A stretch of DNA of 64,000 nucleotides, taken from IMG/VR virus record IMGVR_UViG_3300048597_000249. The stretch is one strand, 5' to 3'. The stretch is from an uncultured virus (IMG/VR IMGVR_UViG_3300048597_000249) (lineage: Duplodnaviria; Heunggongvirae; Uroviricota; Caudoviricetes). The position numbers and the translations under genes were made by a program. This document shows positions 37,595-48,200 of the stretch, one piece after another (the stretch's first letter is position 1; each line of letters starts with the position of its first letter). The notes under the pieces are model-generated. The model saw only the letters and a program-made list of their open reading frames with translations, ran no database searches and was not told where the DNA came from.

Positions 37595-38251
37595 TTAGTA
37601 GTACCATCTTATCCTACCTGGACGAGAATCAAAATGGGTAAAACCCTTACGACGAGCGCCATATCCTAATGCTTTATTACCCCATTTAGAATCAACCCAT
37701 TTTTCAAACTCGATAACTTTACCATTCGCTGGTCTAATATCAACCGCTTTACCCAGTATATGTTGGCTATTCCAAACACCACCAACAGCACGATTAACAT
37801 GTGGCGGACGATACCAGCTAGTAACTAATAATCCACTACCCCATTGTTCACGAATTGGATCTAATAATTTTGCCAAAGTAACAATATTATTACGATGCGA
37901 CACATTCGTTGCTAAACGTTCTCGATATTGAACATAGCGACCATCATTAGTAAGTCCTTGTGCAGATTCTCCGACAGTAAAATAGGTACTAATTTTGCTA
38001 TTGAAGTCGTTCCAATCAATACCTTGTATTTCTCTATATTTTTCAACCAAAAGATTATAACTACTTTCGCCGATTAAAGTTGTTTCACTTAACCAATTAT
38101 CTGTTTTAAATTCTGACCATGCGTATGCTGTATTTTTACCGAAAATACCATCAATTATTTCGTGATAATAATCTAATTTTTTTAATTTAGTTTGTATTGA
38201 TATTAATTCTGCTTTTGTTAGACTTTTAACTTCTTTTGTTTCGGTAATCAT
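37595..38251 (-). CDS. Peptidoglycan-binding domain plus M15-family Zn peptidase
   Basis: IDGIFGKNT; TSWYRPPHVNRAVGG..SQH..GKAVD..FTHFD. Confidence 0.88.
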   Translation of the reverse strand: MITETKEVKSLTKAELISIQTKLKKLDYYHEIIDGIFGKNTAYAWSEFKTDNWLSETTLIGESSYNLLVEKYREIQGIDWNDFNSKISTYFTVGESAQGLTNDGRYVQYRERLATNVSHRNNIVTLAKLLDPIREQWGSGLLVTSWYRPPHVNRAVGGVWNSQHILGKAVDIRPANGKVIEFEKWVDSKWGNKALGYGARRKGFTHFDSRPGRIRWYY

Positions 38252-38294
38252 TTTATTATTTGCGCAATATTATTTTTATTTTAACTTGCATAAC

Positions 38295-38325
38295 AAAAGA
38301 CACCCCTAAAAAGAGGTGCTTTTTT
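38295..38325 (-). terminator. Terminator after major capsid gene
   Basis: CACCTCT-TTTT-AGGGGTG followed by TCTTTTGTT. Confidence 0.7.
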
Positions 38326-38358
38326 ATTTTAGTAAATGAGTTGGGTTTTAAAAAAATT

Positions 38359-39534
38359 CTAATCCCATAAGATCTGGCGGCTTAAGAGTGTCTTAGGATT
38401 TAAACAAATGGCAAGCGCAGTTGCTTTTGCTTCCATAATGTCGACAGCAGAGTTCATAGGATCTTCGTAAGTGCGAGTATAAATACCAGCTTTAGGAGCA
38501 TCGTACAAAGAGTTGCGACCTTCAATGTGTGGACCCCACGCACGATGACTCCCAGAATTAGCCGCTAAAAAACAATACTTGTTCTCATCCAAGAAACGAA
38601 CTTTGGTGAAACCACCGTTACCATCTTCTAAATCATATAAACGATCATGAAGAATAATCGGAGGTAAACCACGATCTTCGAGTACACGACTAAGCACTAC
38701 ATTACTCATTTTCGCAGCAGTTACGCCGGTAGAGAAAGTAGAGGCATACTCAATCGTAGTTTTTTGACGAATCAAATGACGATGTGCAGTCTTGGACATT
38801 ACAATCGCTTTCGGATATGTGCCATTGACTTTCCGGTAAGCTTCGCAATCTAGCTCGATGTCCAAAATACCATCGGCATCATCGTAAGCATCCCAAGAAT
38901 AACGAGTAGTAGAGTCAAATGCACTACCGTTAACAATCGCAGGATCGCCAGGGGCAGGGAAGAAATCGTAATTGGTGGAAGCGTCAGTGTAGTTAACACT
39001 TAGCTTGATATTGGTGCGAGGATCGGTATATTCAATTTTGCCGTCCTGAATAATCTGCCAAGCAAAGTTATCCAACACAGTTTGCAAACCAATCGTCAAA
39101 TCAGCGGCTTTGCCAAAAATAAAATCAGCAAGTTCACCACCAGCACCGGCTTTATTTACAGAACCATCGGGATTGGTGGCATTTTGCACCGTAATCCCTT
39201 GTAGTCCAGCATATTTGCGAACTTCCCACATTCTAAATTGCAACTCTTCATTGAAGACATATTGCAATCCGAGTTTGGCGAAAGTTTGAACTACTTGGCG
39301 AAAATCACCAGCAGAAGTGGTGGGAGCTTTACCGTTAAAACCAATTACAGAAGCGATCGGGCGAATTTTTTCAACGACAACACCGAGGAAATTACGGTCG
39401 TTGTACATTTTGATCGGGAAATATTCATTAAGAACCGGATCTTCGTTGATGGTATCCGCATGGGTATCTTCAACAATCTGATCAACAGTTTTTTTCTGAA
39501 TGTGTTCGTTTAACCAATTAGCAATAATTGCCAT
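38359..39534 (-). CDS. Major capsid protein (phage capsid E-like)
   Basis: 391 aa; LNEYFP, IASVIGF..KAP, PKAIVMS motifs; follows scaffold and decoration genes. Confidence 0.85.
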   Translation of the reverse strand: MAIIANWLNEHIQKKTVDQIVEDTHADTINEDPVLNEYFPIKMYNDRNFLGVVVEKIRPIASVIGFNGKAPTTSAGDFRQVVQTFAKLGLQYVFNEELQFRMWEVRKYAGLQGITVQNATNPDGSVNKAGAGGELADFIFGKAADLTIGLQTVLDNFAWQIIQDGKIEYTDPRTNIKLSVNYTDASTNYDFFPAPGDPAIVNGSAFDSTTRYSWDAYDDADGILDIELDCEAYRKVNGTYPKAIVMSKTAHRHLIRQKTTIEYASTFSTGVTAAKMSNVVLSRVLEDRGLPPIILHDRLYDLEDGNGGFTKVRFLDENKYCFLAANSGSHRAWGPHIEGRNSLYDAPKAGIYTRTYEDPMNSAVDIMEAKATALAICLNPKTLLSRQILWD

Positions 39535-39543
39535 TTTTTACCT

Positions 39544-40401
39544 CTATGCTTTCGTTACAAAGTTGAGCTGAGGTAAACGGCGTTTAATATCTCCATCAAT
39601 ATAAGGAAGATAGTTTTCCCGTACCCCGGAAGAAATGTTATACACACCGATAGTTTGTACTTCGGTATCGGTCATATCCCGTTGATGCGGGTCAACACCA
39701 AGTACCTCATTTACAGTGCGTACACCAATGTGTGAACCAATCGGCAACACAGCACTAGCATTACCAGTGAGCGTGAGTGTGCTCGTTGCAACATTAATAC
39801 TAGCTACAGTACCAAGAGCAGCACCAAATACAGTAAGTGCGCCACTCGCAGTCACAGTAATATCGCCGGATTTAGCAACAGCAAAAGAATACGTGCTAAT
39901 ACCATCTTTAGCGAACACATATACTACTGCGCCAGCAGATTTTGCGAATACTTTTTGCGAAAGTACCGTATCGTTGTTAATCGCATTACGTACCGTCACA
40001 GCAACATCCGCCAATACGGCAGAACCAGTAGTGACAGCAAGAGCGACACCATCAACAGTTACGGTTACTACATCAGTGGTCAAAGGAGTACCACCAAGAG
40101 TCACAGTAGCGTAGGGTTCTACGGCATAAAGAACATCGCCAGGAGCAAAGATTTGGGCAGGAGTGACTACGACGCTAGGGGAATTAGTAGCAGTAGCAAC
40201 GGTAGTAGTTGCACGAGGAAGATAACGAGCCGTATCACCAATCATGGCAACAAACATACCTTCGGGAACTTCGCGTTTACCGGCGGCGTTTAGTTGAATC
40301 TTGGTGTTGTCAATGGTGGCATTACGATTAGCTTCGTTAGTTTCGTGGTAGAGAAAGATGTTTTTCTCTTGAGCGTATTGAGTACGTTTTAAAAATACCA
40401 T
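39544..40401 (-). CDS. Head decoration protein
   Basis: GKREVPEG..V..ENYLPY framework with Thr/Val/Ala-rich insertion; precedes capsid gene. Confidence 0.65.
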   Translation of the reverse strand: MVFLKRTQYAQEKNIFLYHETNEANRNATIDNTKIQLNAAGKREVPEGMFVAMIGDTARYLPRATTTVATATNSPSVVVTPAQIFAPGDVLYAVEPYATVTLGGTPLTTDVVTVTVDGVALAVTTGSAVLADVAVTVRNAINNDTVLSQKVFAKSAGAVVYVFAKDGISTYSFAVAKSGDITVTASGALTVFGAALGTVASINVATSTLTLTGNASAVLPIGSHIGVRTVNEVLGVDPHQRDMTDTEVQTIGVYNISSGVRENYLPYIDGDIKRRLPQLNFVTKA

Positions 40402-40406
40402 TGTGA

Positions 40407-41288
40407 TTAACCTCGACTAGCACGAATAGCGGCAGAGGTTCCCACAATCAACGCTTCTTCTTCGGGGGAAAGTTGTTCCTCGGAATTGAAGTTAGACAGA
40501 GCTTCCTCTTGAATAAGTTCATTAAACATGCCCATTTCGCCCAAACCCATGCGCTCAAACAGTTCAATGATTCCTTGCATTTTCACAAGTTCTTCATTGA
40601 TGTTGTTACCATTGGCTTCGGCAAGTTGAGAAAACATTGCTACACGGTCATCTTCAGAATCGAAAGAACTGAACATAACTTCGTAAGCAACAGGTGGCAT
40701 ATCGCCACTTTCAATCAACTGTTGAGCACGTACATCTAATTTGTGTAGTACATCTTTCAAAGCATTAGCCGCTTGAAATTCGGCGACTTGAGCTTCCAGT
40801 TCATCTACGCGAGGATCATAAGCAGAGTAAGAAGCATTACCGGGAACTTCATCCGCATCCTCTTCATACTCTTCGTCATACTCGCCATCGACTTCGTACT
40901 CATCTTCGTCTTCGTCTTCGATTAAACCGAGGACATCGAGAACATCGTAAGCAAGTTCTTCATCGGGTTCTTCATCGGTAACAATCATGCCGTAAGCTTC
41001 TTCGGGGGTTAATCCGAGTTCATCAGCAAGATCGACGATGTATTCTTCAGGATCTTCGTAACCTAGTTGTTCACCAACTTCGAGCAAGGTAGCACCAAGA
41101 GAGTTACCAGCGGAAAATTCAGCTACTTCAGTTTCTTGTTCGTACTCAGAGAATTGTGCTTCTTCGAGTTCATCAGCAAGTTGAGAGCGAAATTCAGCGG
41201 CTTGTTGGTCAGAAATCAGACCAGCTTGTTCATCTTGATTAATGCGGGCGAGTTGGTAGTTGTAGGCTTCTAGTAATTCACGATTCAT
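40407..41288 (-). CDS. Capsid scaffold protein
   Basis: Very acidic and helical; several AxF sites (AEF, AQF, AMF). Confidence 0.7.
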   Translation of the reverse strand: MNRELLEAYNYQLARINQDEQAGLISDQQAAEFRSQLADELEEAQFSEYEQETEVAEFSAGNSLGATLLEVGEQLGYEDPEEYIVDLADELGLTPEEAYGMIVTDEEPDEELAYDVLDVLGLIEDEDEDEYEVDGEYDEEYEEDADEVPGNASYSAYDPRVDELEAQVAEFQAANALKDVLHKLDVRAQQLIESGDMPPVAYEVMFSSFDSEDDRVAMFSQLAEANGNNINEELVKMQGIIELFERMGLGEMGMFNELIQEEALSNFNSEEQLSPEEEALIVGTSAAIRASRG

Positions 41289-41319
41289 TGTTTTACCTAT
41301 CTTTTAATAACTACCGTTT

Positions 41320-41670
41320 CTAGCGACCAAGTAAAGATTTGATGCGACCTTTAATGGAACGTTTTTGTTTAGCTTCTTCAGCTTTTTTCTTACTGCGTTT
41401 GTTCAAAGCGTATGCACCACCAGCAACACCAGCAGTACCCAAAGCAGCTAAACCAGGAGCAGAGGTAGCTAAACCAAGAGCTTGTTGACCACGTAAAGAA
41501 GCTTGTTCACCAACAGCTTTACCGAGCTTAGTAGCTTGACGACCAAAACCACTTCGGCTAACTTTACGGGCAGTTTTTTTACCCATTGCTTGAAGATTAC
41601 GAAACACACCACCTTTAGCAAACTCAGCAACTTGGTCAGTTACAGAATCATAAATATAATAACGAGACAT
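41320..41670 (-). CDS. AxF-leader basic membrane-helix protein
   Basis: MSRYYIYDSVTDQVAEFAK; GLAALGTAGVAGGAYAL. Confidence 0.75.
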   Translation of the reverse strand: MSRYYIYDSVTDQVAEFAKGGVFRNLQAMGKKTARKVSRSGFGRQATKLGKAVGEQASLRGQQALGLATSAPGLAALGTAGVAGGAYALNKRSKKKAEEAKQKRSIKGRIKSLLGR

Positions 41671-41776
41671 ATTTATTTCCAATTAATAAACAGTACAGTT
41701 TTTATTATTAATTGAAAAAAATTATGTTTACAAAAAGTTAACTAATAGTTAAATAATTTATTTTCGCAGTGTTCAA

Positions 41777-42742
41777 TTATTTCGTTTTATCTTTTCTTTT
41801 TCTATTTTTATACCACGCTACTAAACCCGCTCCGGCTAAGGTTGCTGGTAAAACTCCTAATTGTATAGTATCGGCTATTTTCATACCTTTTGCTAATTTT
41901 AATTTACTTTTATTTGTCTTATGATTATAGTCAGATACACTACCCATAAATCCTGATTTACTAGAGTTTTTATAATTTAAATCGTTTAAATCCATAGCGT
42001 GATTAATTAAAGATAATTTTGGATATTGATGCGCCAACACACCCAGAGTACCTAATGTACCTAATCCTGTGGTAAGTTTTGCATTTTTTCTATCTTGTTC
42101 AGTTCGTTTATTTTGAATTTGTGTGTATAAACTAAACTTAGCGTTATTGTCTTTTTTCTTTTTGTTTTTGCGCCAATGATTTGCGGCTAACAACGCTGGT
42201 ACACCTACTGTAGTTGCGGCAATACCGTACATTAAATTTCGGCGATTTTTTGTTTTGTTCATTATATTTTTCAAACCACTAAGCTGATCTTCTGTCGTCT
42301 TAATTCTTTGCTGATCTAATCCACCAAGTTTAGCACCAGTATATCTGCCTTCTTTCATACTTTGATAAGACGTTTCAAAAGCTTTGAATGCATCATCGCT
42401 ACCCCCAGTGTCTGGGTGATATTTTCTAGCATTTTTGCGGTATATTTGTTTAACCTCTTTAGGATCATAGGTTTTGTCAGGATCTAATCCTAAATATTTT
42501 CTAACAGAATCTCTTATGCTATCTTTTTGATTCTGTTTTTTATAATCCTGTAAACTCTTGTTTATGTAATCATATTGATTTTTAACATCTTTATAATTTT
42601 TGCGATAAATATTACCAATTTGTATAGAAGGATATGCCGCTGCTCCAACTAGACCAGTGGCAACTATACCACGTTTGAGATTTAATTTACGTTCCTCATC
42701 TTTCTTTTTGTTTACAAATTTTGTGAATTCTGCTAAAAACAT
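41777..42742 (-). CDS. AxF-leader membrane protein containing a DnaJ J-domain
   Basis: MFLAEF; LGL..EVKQIYRKNARKYHPDTGGSDDAFK; four hydrophobic Gly/Ala-rich helices. Confidence 0.8.
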   Translation of the reverse strand: MFLAEFTKFVNKKKDEERKLNLKRGIVATGLVGAAAYPSIQIGNIYRKNYKDVKNQYDYINKSLQDYKKQNQKDSIRDSVRKYLGLDPDKTYDPKEVKQIYRKNARKYHPDTGGSDDAFKAFETSYQSMKEGRYTGAKLGGLDQQRIKTTEDQLSGLKNIMNKTKNRRNLMYGIAATTVGVPALLAANHWRKNKKKKDNNAKFSLYTQIQNKRTEQDRKNAKLTTGLGTLGTLGVLAHQYPKLSLINHAMDLNDLNYKNSSKSGFMGSVSDYNHKTNKSKLKLAKGMKIADTIQLGVLPATLAGAGLVAWYKNRKRKDKTK

Positions 42743-42748
42743 AATAAA

Positions 42749-43198
42749 TTACTTTTTATTTTCTTTTGATTTTTTAGTTAACATTTTACCTAACCGATAA
42801 CCACCATAAGCTAAACCTGCCCCACCTAAAGCACCGACAGGAATAGATAAATTTTTTGCCAATTTCATTCGATTATTAGCTTTATTTAACTTGTTAACAG
42901 CGCTAGTGTATTTTTTACCATGTCTTAATGCTATGTTTCCTGATTTAGCCATACCATCTAAATCGTTGTTATTTATATAATTATTTATTTTATCGACCCT
43001 TCGTTTATAACTATTACCAAATCGTTGAACTCGTTTTTCTAGTGGTTTATAACTGTTGTTAACGTAGTCTTCTGATAAAGCTGCACCAATACCAGCACCT
43101 CCACCTACCGCAAGAGCAACTTTAACAGTGTTGTTACGTTTTTCGCGCTCTTGTTCTTGTTTTCTACCAAATTCGGCGAAATCACTTAAAAAATACAT
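42749..43198 (-). CDS. AxF-leader basic two-helix protein
   Basis: MYFLSDFAEFG; GALGGAGLAYGGY. Confidence 0.75.
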   Translation of the reverse strand: MYFLSDFAEFGRKQEQEREKRNNTVKVALAVGGGAGIGAALSEDYVNNSYKPLEKRVQRFGNSYKRRVDKINNYINNNDLDGMAKSGNIALRHGKKYTSAVNKLNKANNRMKLAKNLSIPVGALGGAGLAYGGYRLGKMLTKKSKENKK

Positions 43199-43220
43199 AA
43201 TTTTTTTTAATACTTATTAA

Positions 43221-43676
43221 CTAGTTTAACGTTTTATCTTTTTTGCGATTTCTAATTTTGTTAATTAAAGCTTTACCACCACGGTATAAACTATAACCAA
43301 GTGCTGCTCCACCAACAGAAGCTAATGTTACATTGCGTTTATTATTTCGCAATGATTTACCTACTTTTTCTCGATACTTATAACTTTTATCTTTTAATTT
43401 GGCAGTTTTAACACCCAAACTACGTTCTACATTATTTGATAAGGGTTTATTTTTAATATCCCTTAGCACACTATTTTTTATATATTTATCGCCAGTTTTA
43501 TCGTATCTGGTTGCCAAATTAGACATAGTATCACGATATTTTTTCAAACCAATATTAGAAGCAATACCACCAACAACAGCTCCCGTACCAAGTACAGAAG
43601 CGGTTTGAATTGCTTCATTACGTTTCTTAATATCTTCTTTTTGTTTTGAAAAATCAGCTAAAAATAAATTACTCAT
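43221..43676 (-). CDS. AxF-leader basic two-helix protein
   Basis: MSNLFLADFS; same layout as 42749..43198. Confidence 0.75.
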   Translation of the reverse strand: MSNLFLADFSKQKEDIKKRNEAIQTASVLGTGAVVGGIASNIGLKKYRDTMSNLATRYDKTGDKYIKNSVLRDIKNKPLSNNVERSLGVKTAKLKDKSYKYREKVGKSLRNNKRNVTLASVGGAALGYSLYRGGKALINKIRNRKKDKTLN

Positions 43677-43691
43677 TGTTAAATACTCCAA

Positions 43692-44858
43692 TTAAGCGAA
43701 TGGATTCCGACGATACCAAGGACGTTGTTCTTCACGATCACGTCCAATACCCACCGCATTCAACCCAGCTTTACCCAATCGATATGCGCCATAACCAGCG
43801 GCACCAGTAGCTAATGCTCCGCCCACAGCACGTTTCATATTTAACCCACCACCTGGTTTAGTGAAATAATTATTTAACGTACCTTTCGCCGCCTCCCATT
43901 TACCACGACGAGCATAACCAAAGGCATTTGCTCCAATATTTTTAACATTCGCCAAACCTTTACCTTGTTTTTTCAACCACTCGGAACCAAAAGCAAATTC
44001 GGCACTATCTACAGCGTACAAACTATACGGTGCTTCCATATATGGTGTTTGTTGTAATGAATACGGCGATTGTTCAGTTTCCATGTAATCATCACCATCT
44101 TCGTCAGATTCCATTTCGCCAACACCAAATAAACCACGGATGCGCAGTTCGTAATCAGCAAAAGCTTGTTCCAACAACATTTGACCCTCTTCGCCAAGTT
44201 CTTCTTCCGGTGCTTGGAGGATATTCGTGAGAACTTTATAAAACAGGCAAGAAAGTTGCATAAATTCTTCTTTTAGTTCATCCTCTGTTTGCGCCAATGC
44301 TTCCGCTTCGTCAAGGGAATAGACACCTTGGAGTTCGTTCTGTGCGCCATCATATGTACTAAAAAGAGACATCCCTGGAATCGCTGGATGTCCGACAAGG
44401 GAAATCTCCTTAATCTTATCTGCAACAATGTCGATACCAGGACTTAGTTCTCTTACAAGATTACCTTTAACTTTCTCAACATAGTCTTTGGAACGAATTA
44501 ACATATCTTCGCAAAAAATACCAAGTTTACCGATCAGATTTTTATTTTTTTTATTCGGTAAATCCTCTTCGGTAATTTCTTTTACCACAAATAAATCGTT
44601 TACATCACCAACTAAATCATCAACAGTTTTACCATGTTCTTTGGCGATAGGAATTCTAACACCATTATCTAATGCGCTATTCGAGTTTTCGGCAATTTTA
44701 TAAATACGATCTTCGCTGAAATTATGACTTCTACCTCGATTGTCAACCCAATTCCCAGACGCTAAAACCAATGCTTTTTTGCTAATGCTACCATCTTCGT
44801 GTTCGGTAAAATTAGCATTTACGATACCGCTATTAAAATGCGCAACCTTATTTAACAT
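43692..44858 (-). CDS. Prohead protease (Mu gpI-like) with C-terminal cargo-like extension
   Basis: RIPIAKEH, RELSPGI, EISLVGHPAIPGM; start set at ATG 44858. Confidence 0.75.
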   Translation of the reverse strand: MLNKVAHFNSGIVNANFTEHEDGSISKKALVLASGNWVDNRGRSHNFSEDRIYKIAENSNSALDNGVRIPIAKEHGKTVDDLVGDVNDLFVVKEITEEDLPNKKNKNLIGKLGIFCEDMLIRSKDYVEKVKGNLVRELSPGIDIVADKIKEISLVGHPAIPGMSLFSTYDGAQNELQGVYSLDEAEALAQTEDELKEEFMQLSCLFYKVLTNILQAPEEELGEEGQMLLEQAFADYELRIRGLFGVGEMESDEDGDDYMETEQSPYSLQQTPYMEAPYSLYAVDSAEFAFGSEWLKKQGKGLANVKNIGANAFGYARRGKWEAAKGTLNNYFTKPGGGLNMKRAVGGALATGAAGYGAYRLGKAGLNAVGIGRDREEQRPWYRRNPFA

Positions 44859-44955
44859 ATTTTTAAAACGAATATATTCATTAACAATAATAGCAAAATA
44901 TTTTTTATTCGCTGTACTAAAATAAAAAGTGATATAAAAATTTTTAATAAAAAGA

Positions 44956-45180
44956 ATGGAGATAAACGATTTCAATGAAAATGTTGGTTATCGATTACGT
45001 GTAGCTCGTGAACAAAAAGAAATCAAAGGTTCCACAGCAGCTCGTAAACTCGGTTTTACCAACGCTTATCTCTCTCAAATGGAAAATGGTAAACGTAACG
45101 TTAGTTTACAAAACTTAATAAAATTCTGCGAATTATACGACAAGGACGTAGTATATTTTTTACAAGATATTAAAAAATAG
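44956..45180 (+). CDS. XRE-family HTH regulator
   Basis: LRVAR...AARKLGFTNAYLSQMENGKRNVSL. Confidence 0.9.
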   Translation: MEINDFNENVGYRLRVAREQKEIKGSTAARKLGFTNAYLSQMENGKRNVSLQNLIKFCELYDKDVVYFLQDIKK

Positions 45181-45243
45181 TTATTCTTTTTTTTTTAGTT
45201 TGAAAAATAATTAATTAACTACTATTTATCTCACTTTGCTCAA

Positions 45244-48200
45244 TTACTTCGGCGCACCAAAAGTAGCCCATTTTTTTTGATATTGCGCGAATTCAACATA
45301 CTGCAACTTATAAATTTCTTCTTTCAACTGTTTAACCAATTCTTTCACATTTCGTTTTATCTCAGCATTATTCATACCAGTAATATCAACATTCATTTTG
45401 CGCAAAATCTCAACACTCGCATAACGAATATTCGTCGTATCACTACCTTTCGCCCGATCCAATATAGACAAAGTTTTACTCAATTCTTTCACTGCTTTAC
45501 GTCGTTTTGACAACGCATCCGTTCTCACACGTTGGTCAGCTTTTAACACTGTTTTTTTCAAATCTTCGCCAACAACAGTTCTATCTTTCATCGACGGTAT
45601 ATTATCTTGCGCAATATTTTCCATTTGTTTCGGTGTAATAAACGGATCGCTAACTAATCCATCGCGCAATTTAATCCGGTATGATGGTGATATTTTATTT
45701 TTATTAGTAACGATTTCTTCGTACAACATATTAGTACCTTCGCCTATAAACTGTAAATTATCTCGCATTTTACCCAAAGGCGTAAGATTAGAATCAGTTA
45801 TTTTATCTGAATTATAAGGCAAATCTACTTTATCTAATTTCCCCAAAAATTTATCATCTAAGTTATTTTCTTGTAAATATTTTTTTATTTCTTCGAGTGT
45901 TGTTCTATTTTTTTTATTTACTTGCGCAACATAGTTTTTTATCTTCATCATATCTTTTCTTGTAATAACTCTTTTATTTCTATATTCTTCATACAATCTT
46001 TCTAAACCATCGCTTCTGGTTTTTAATCCTCTTGTTAAATATTTTTTATATTTCTCTGGTAGTTGTTGATATGTTTCGAGCAAATCTTGTGGGTTATATT
46101 TAATATTTGCTATATCGTCATATTCGGATGTTAATTTTTTTTCAAAGTTATCGATACGTTTAATTTGTCTATCATTTTCTTCCGCTATTCTTTCTAAAGC
46201 TTGTTTTAAATTTGGACTAGTATCTTCTGCCAACAACGTTATATTAATTTCGTCATTGGTTTCAACATATATTTTTCTACCAAGTTTTAATGCACTGTCA
46301 ATTTCGCCAATTTTCTCAAGCGGTGTATCAGGTGTGATTTTTCTCATTTGTTCTAAAGCACCAGTTTCTAATGCAATAGTTTCTGCAAATGGGTTAATGC
46401 TCAAATTAACAACCAATTCTCGTTCTTTTGGTTTTAATGTAGATAAGTCAATCATTGGTACTTGTCTATATACATTTTGACCCAAAGCGTCTTGTCCTAC
46501 TAATTTTGTTTTTGTCGCAATATCTGGTTCTGGGTCATTAATAACATCTGTTAAAGCGACTGATGCATCTAATTGCTCTTTTGTCACCGGCATCTTCACA
46601 TCACCCAATCGACGCTCATCAGCACGTTCGGCAATATCAACTCCTTTTTTACGCAATAAATTCGCCGCATCTTTCGCAACAAAACTACGCCGCAAGTACC
46701 AATACGCCATACCCATCGCAACAGCAGTCACACCAATTTTTGCCGCTGTAGCATACCACGAAGTTCTATTTTCCTCACCTTCTGCGCCATAATTAATATT
46801 CGCCGCACCACCAACTCCTGTCGCCGCTAATGCTGTCATCAATGATTCTTGACTCGTTGTAGGTATCGCCGCATTTGTTATTAATTTATTTTCTTCATCA
46901 TTTAATGGGCGTAACCAACATAAACAATGCGGGTGGGAGGGTATAGCTAGTTGTCGTTCTGTTAATATTTCTTCCAGCGTATATACACCTGTCAACGAAT
47001 CTGGTAATTTTGCTTTTGAACTTCTACCCATTGCTCTCGCTGTACATGCAACACAAGTACGACCAGTTTTCCTCATTTCGTAGTCGTTAATCCAACGCAC
47101 ATATCTTACGCCGCTACGATACATACCATGCATCCGACCCATGTTATACGCCGCAGATAATTCAGTGCTAACAATACGATTAACGTTGTTGAGCAGTTTA
47201 TTTTTTCTTTTTGGATCATCGACAAACATTTTTTCAACCGAATCGATCAGTTGCGTTACTTGGTAATCTGATAAATTAGCAGTTGCTTTTGGTTTAATGC
47301 GTCGTCCAGCAATGGCTTGGGTACTGCCGGGAATCGGTATATCTTGTTCTGCGATAATTCTGTTACCACGAATCTGTTCTTTTGTAGCAACAGTCCCATC
47401 AGGTTGTAATAAATCTTTTACCCCCTGTGCTTTTGTCATTGGATAACGTTCAAAATACTTTTGTATTGGATTGGGTAATTTTGTGTCACCTTTTTCATAA
47501 CCCTGGTTGAGAGTGTTGAAAACCTCTTCCATGTTTTCTCTGGTTTTGCCGGTATAAACATCGCCGATATAATCAAGTCTTTTACGCACATAAATCCGAC
47601 CAAAATCACTTGATTCCATAAATAACGGAGCTTCTTTCGTGCGAATCTCTTCTTTCGATCTGCGCAAATCTAATTCTCGTGTTATTTCTTTTTTATTTGG
47701 ATCTTTTATTTGTTCATATTTTTTTTGTCGAGCATCTACATCAATAGTTTTTTCCTTTTTCTTTTTTTCAACAACTTTTGTTATTTTTTCTTGATATTGT
47801 TTTTGAACTTTTTTATACTCCGGCGTATTCTCAATAGTACCTACTTTTGGTATAATTTCTTTTGGTTTTATTTTTAATTCTTTTGCTTGTTGTTTTAGTG
47901 TATTTATTGTGGTGTTGGTGTTATTTATTTCTTTATCATAATCACGTATTTGATTTTCTAAGTCCCCAATTTGCCGAGTTAAATCTGCGGTTAAGTTAGC
48001 ATCTGGTTCTCGACCTAATCTTATAGCTCTTTCCAACAAAGTTTTTTCTTGTAATCGTTTTGAATTTAATGTTTTTGCAACATTAAATCTTTCACTTTGC
48101 TTTGCTTTTAACTCTCTGGTTAGTTGGTTAATCACATCTTTTATTCTTTGTATCGCATCATTAAATTCGGCGACATTCTCTACTTCCTTGTTTGAAAAAA

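Noticed and set aside
32718..43691. Leader family as RiPP/bacteriocin precursors or pilins
   Set aside because: No double-glycine or G-F prepilin site, no modifying enzymes or peptidase-ABC exporter, and the motif also occurs in scaffold and protease; disfavoured rather than excluded
44859..44975. Upstream extension of the protease ORF in the track
   Set aside because: AT-rich, overlaps the divergent HTH gene; ATG at 44858 is more plausible
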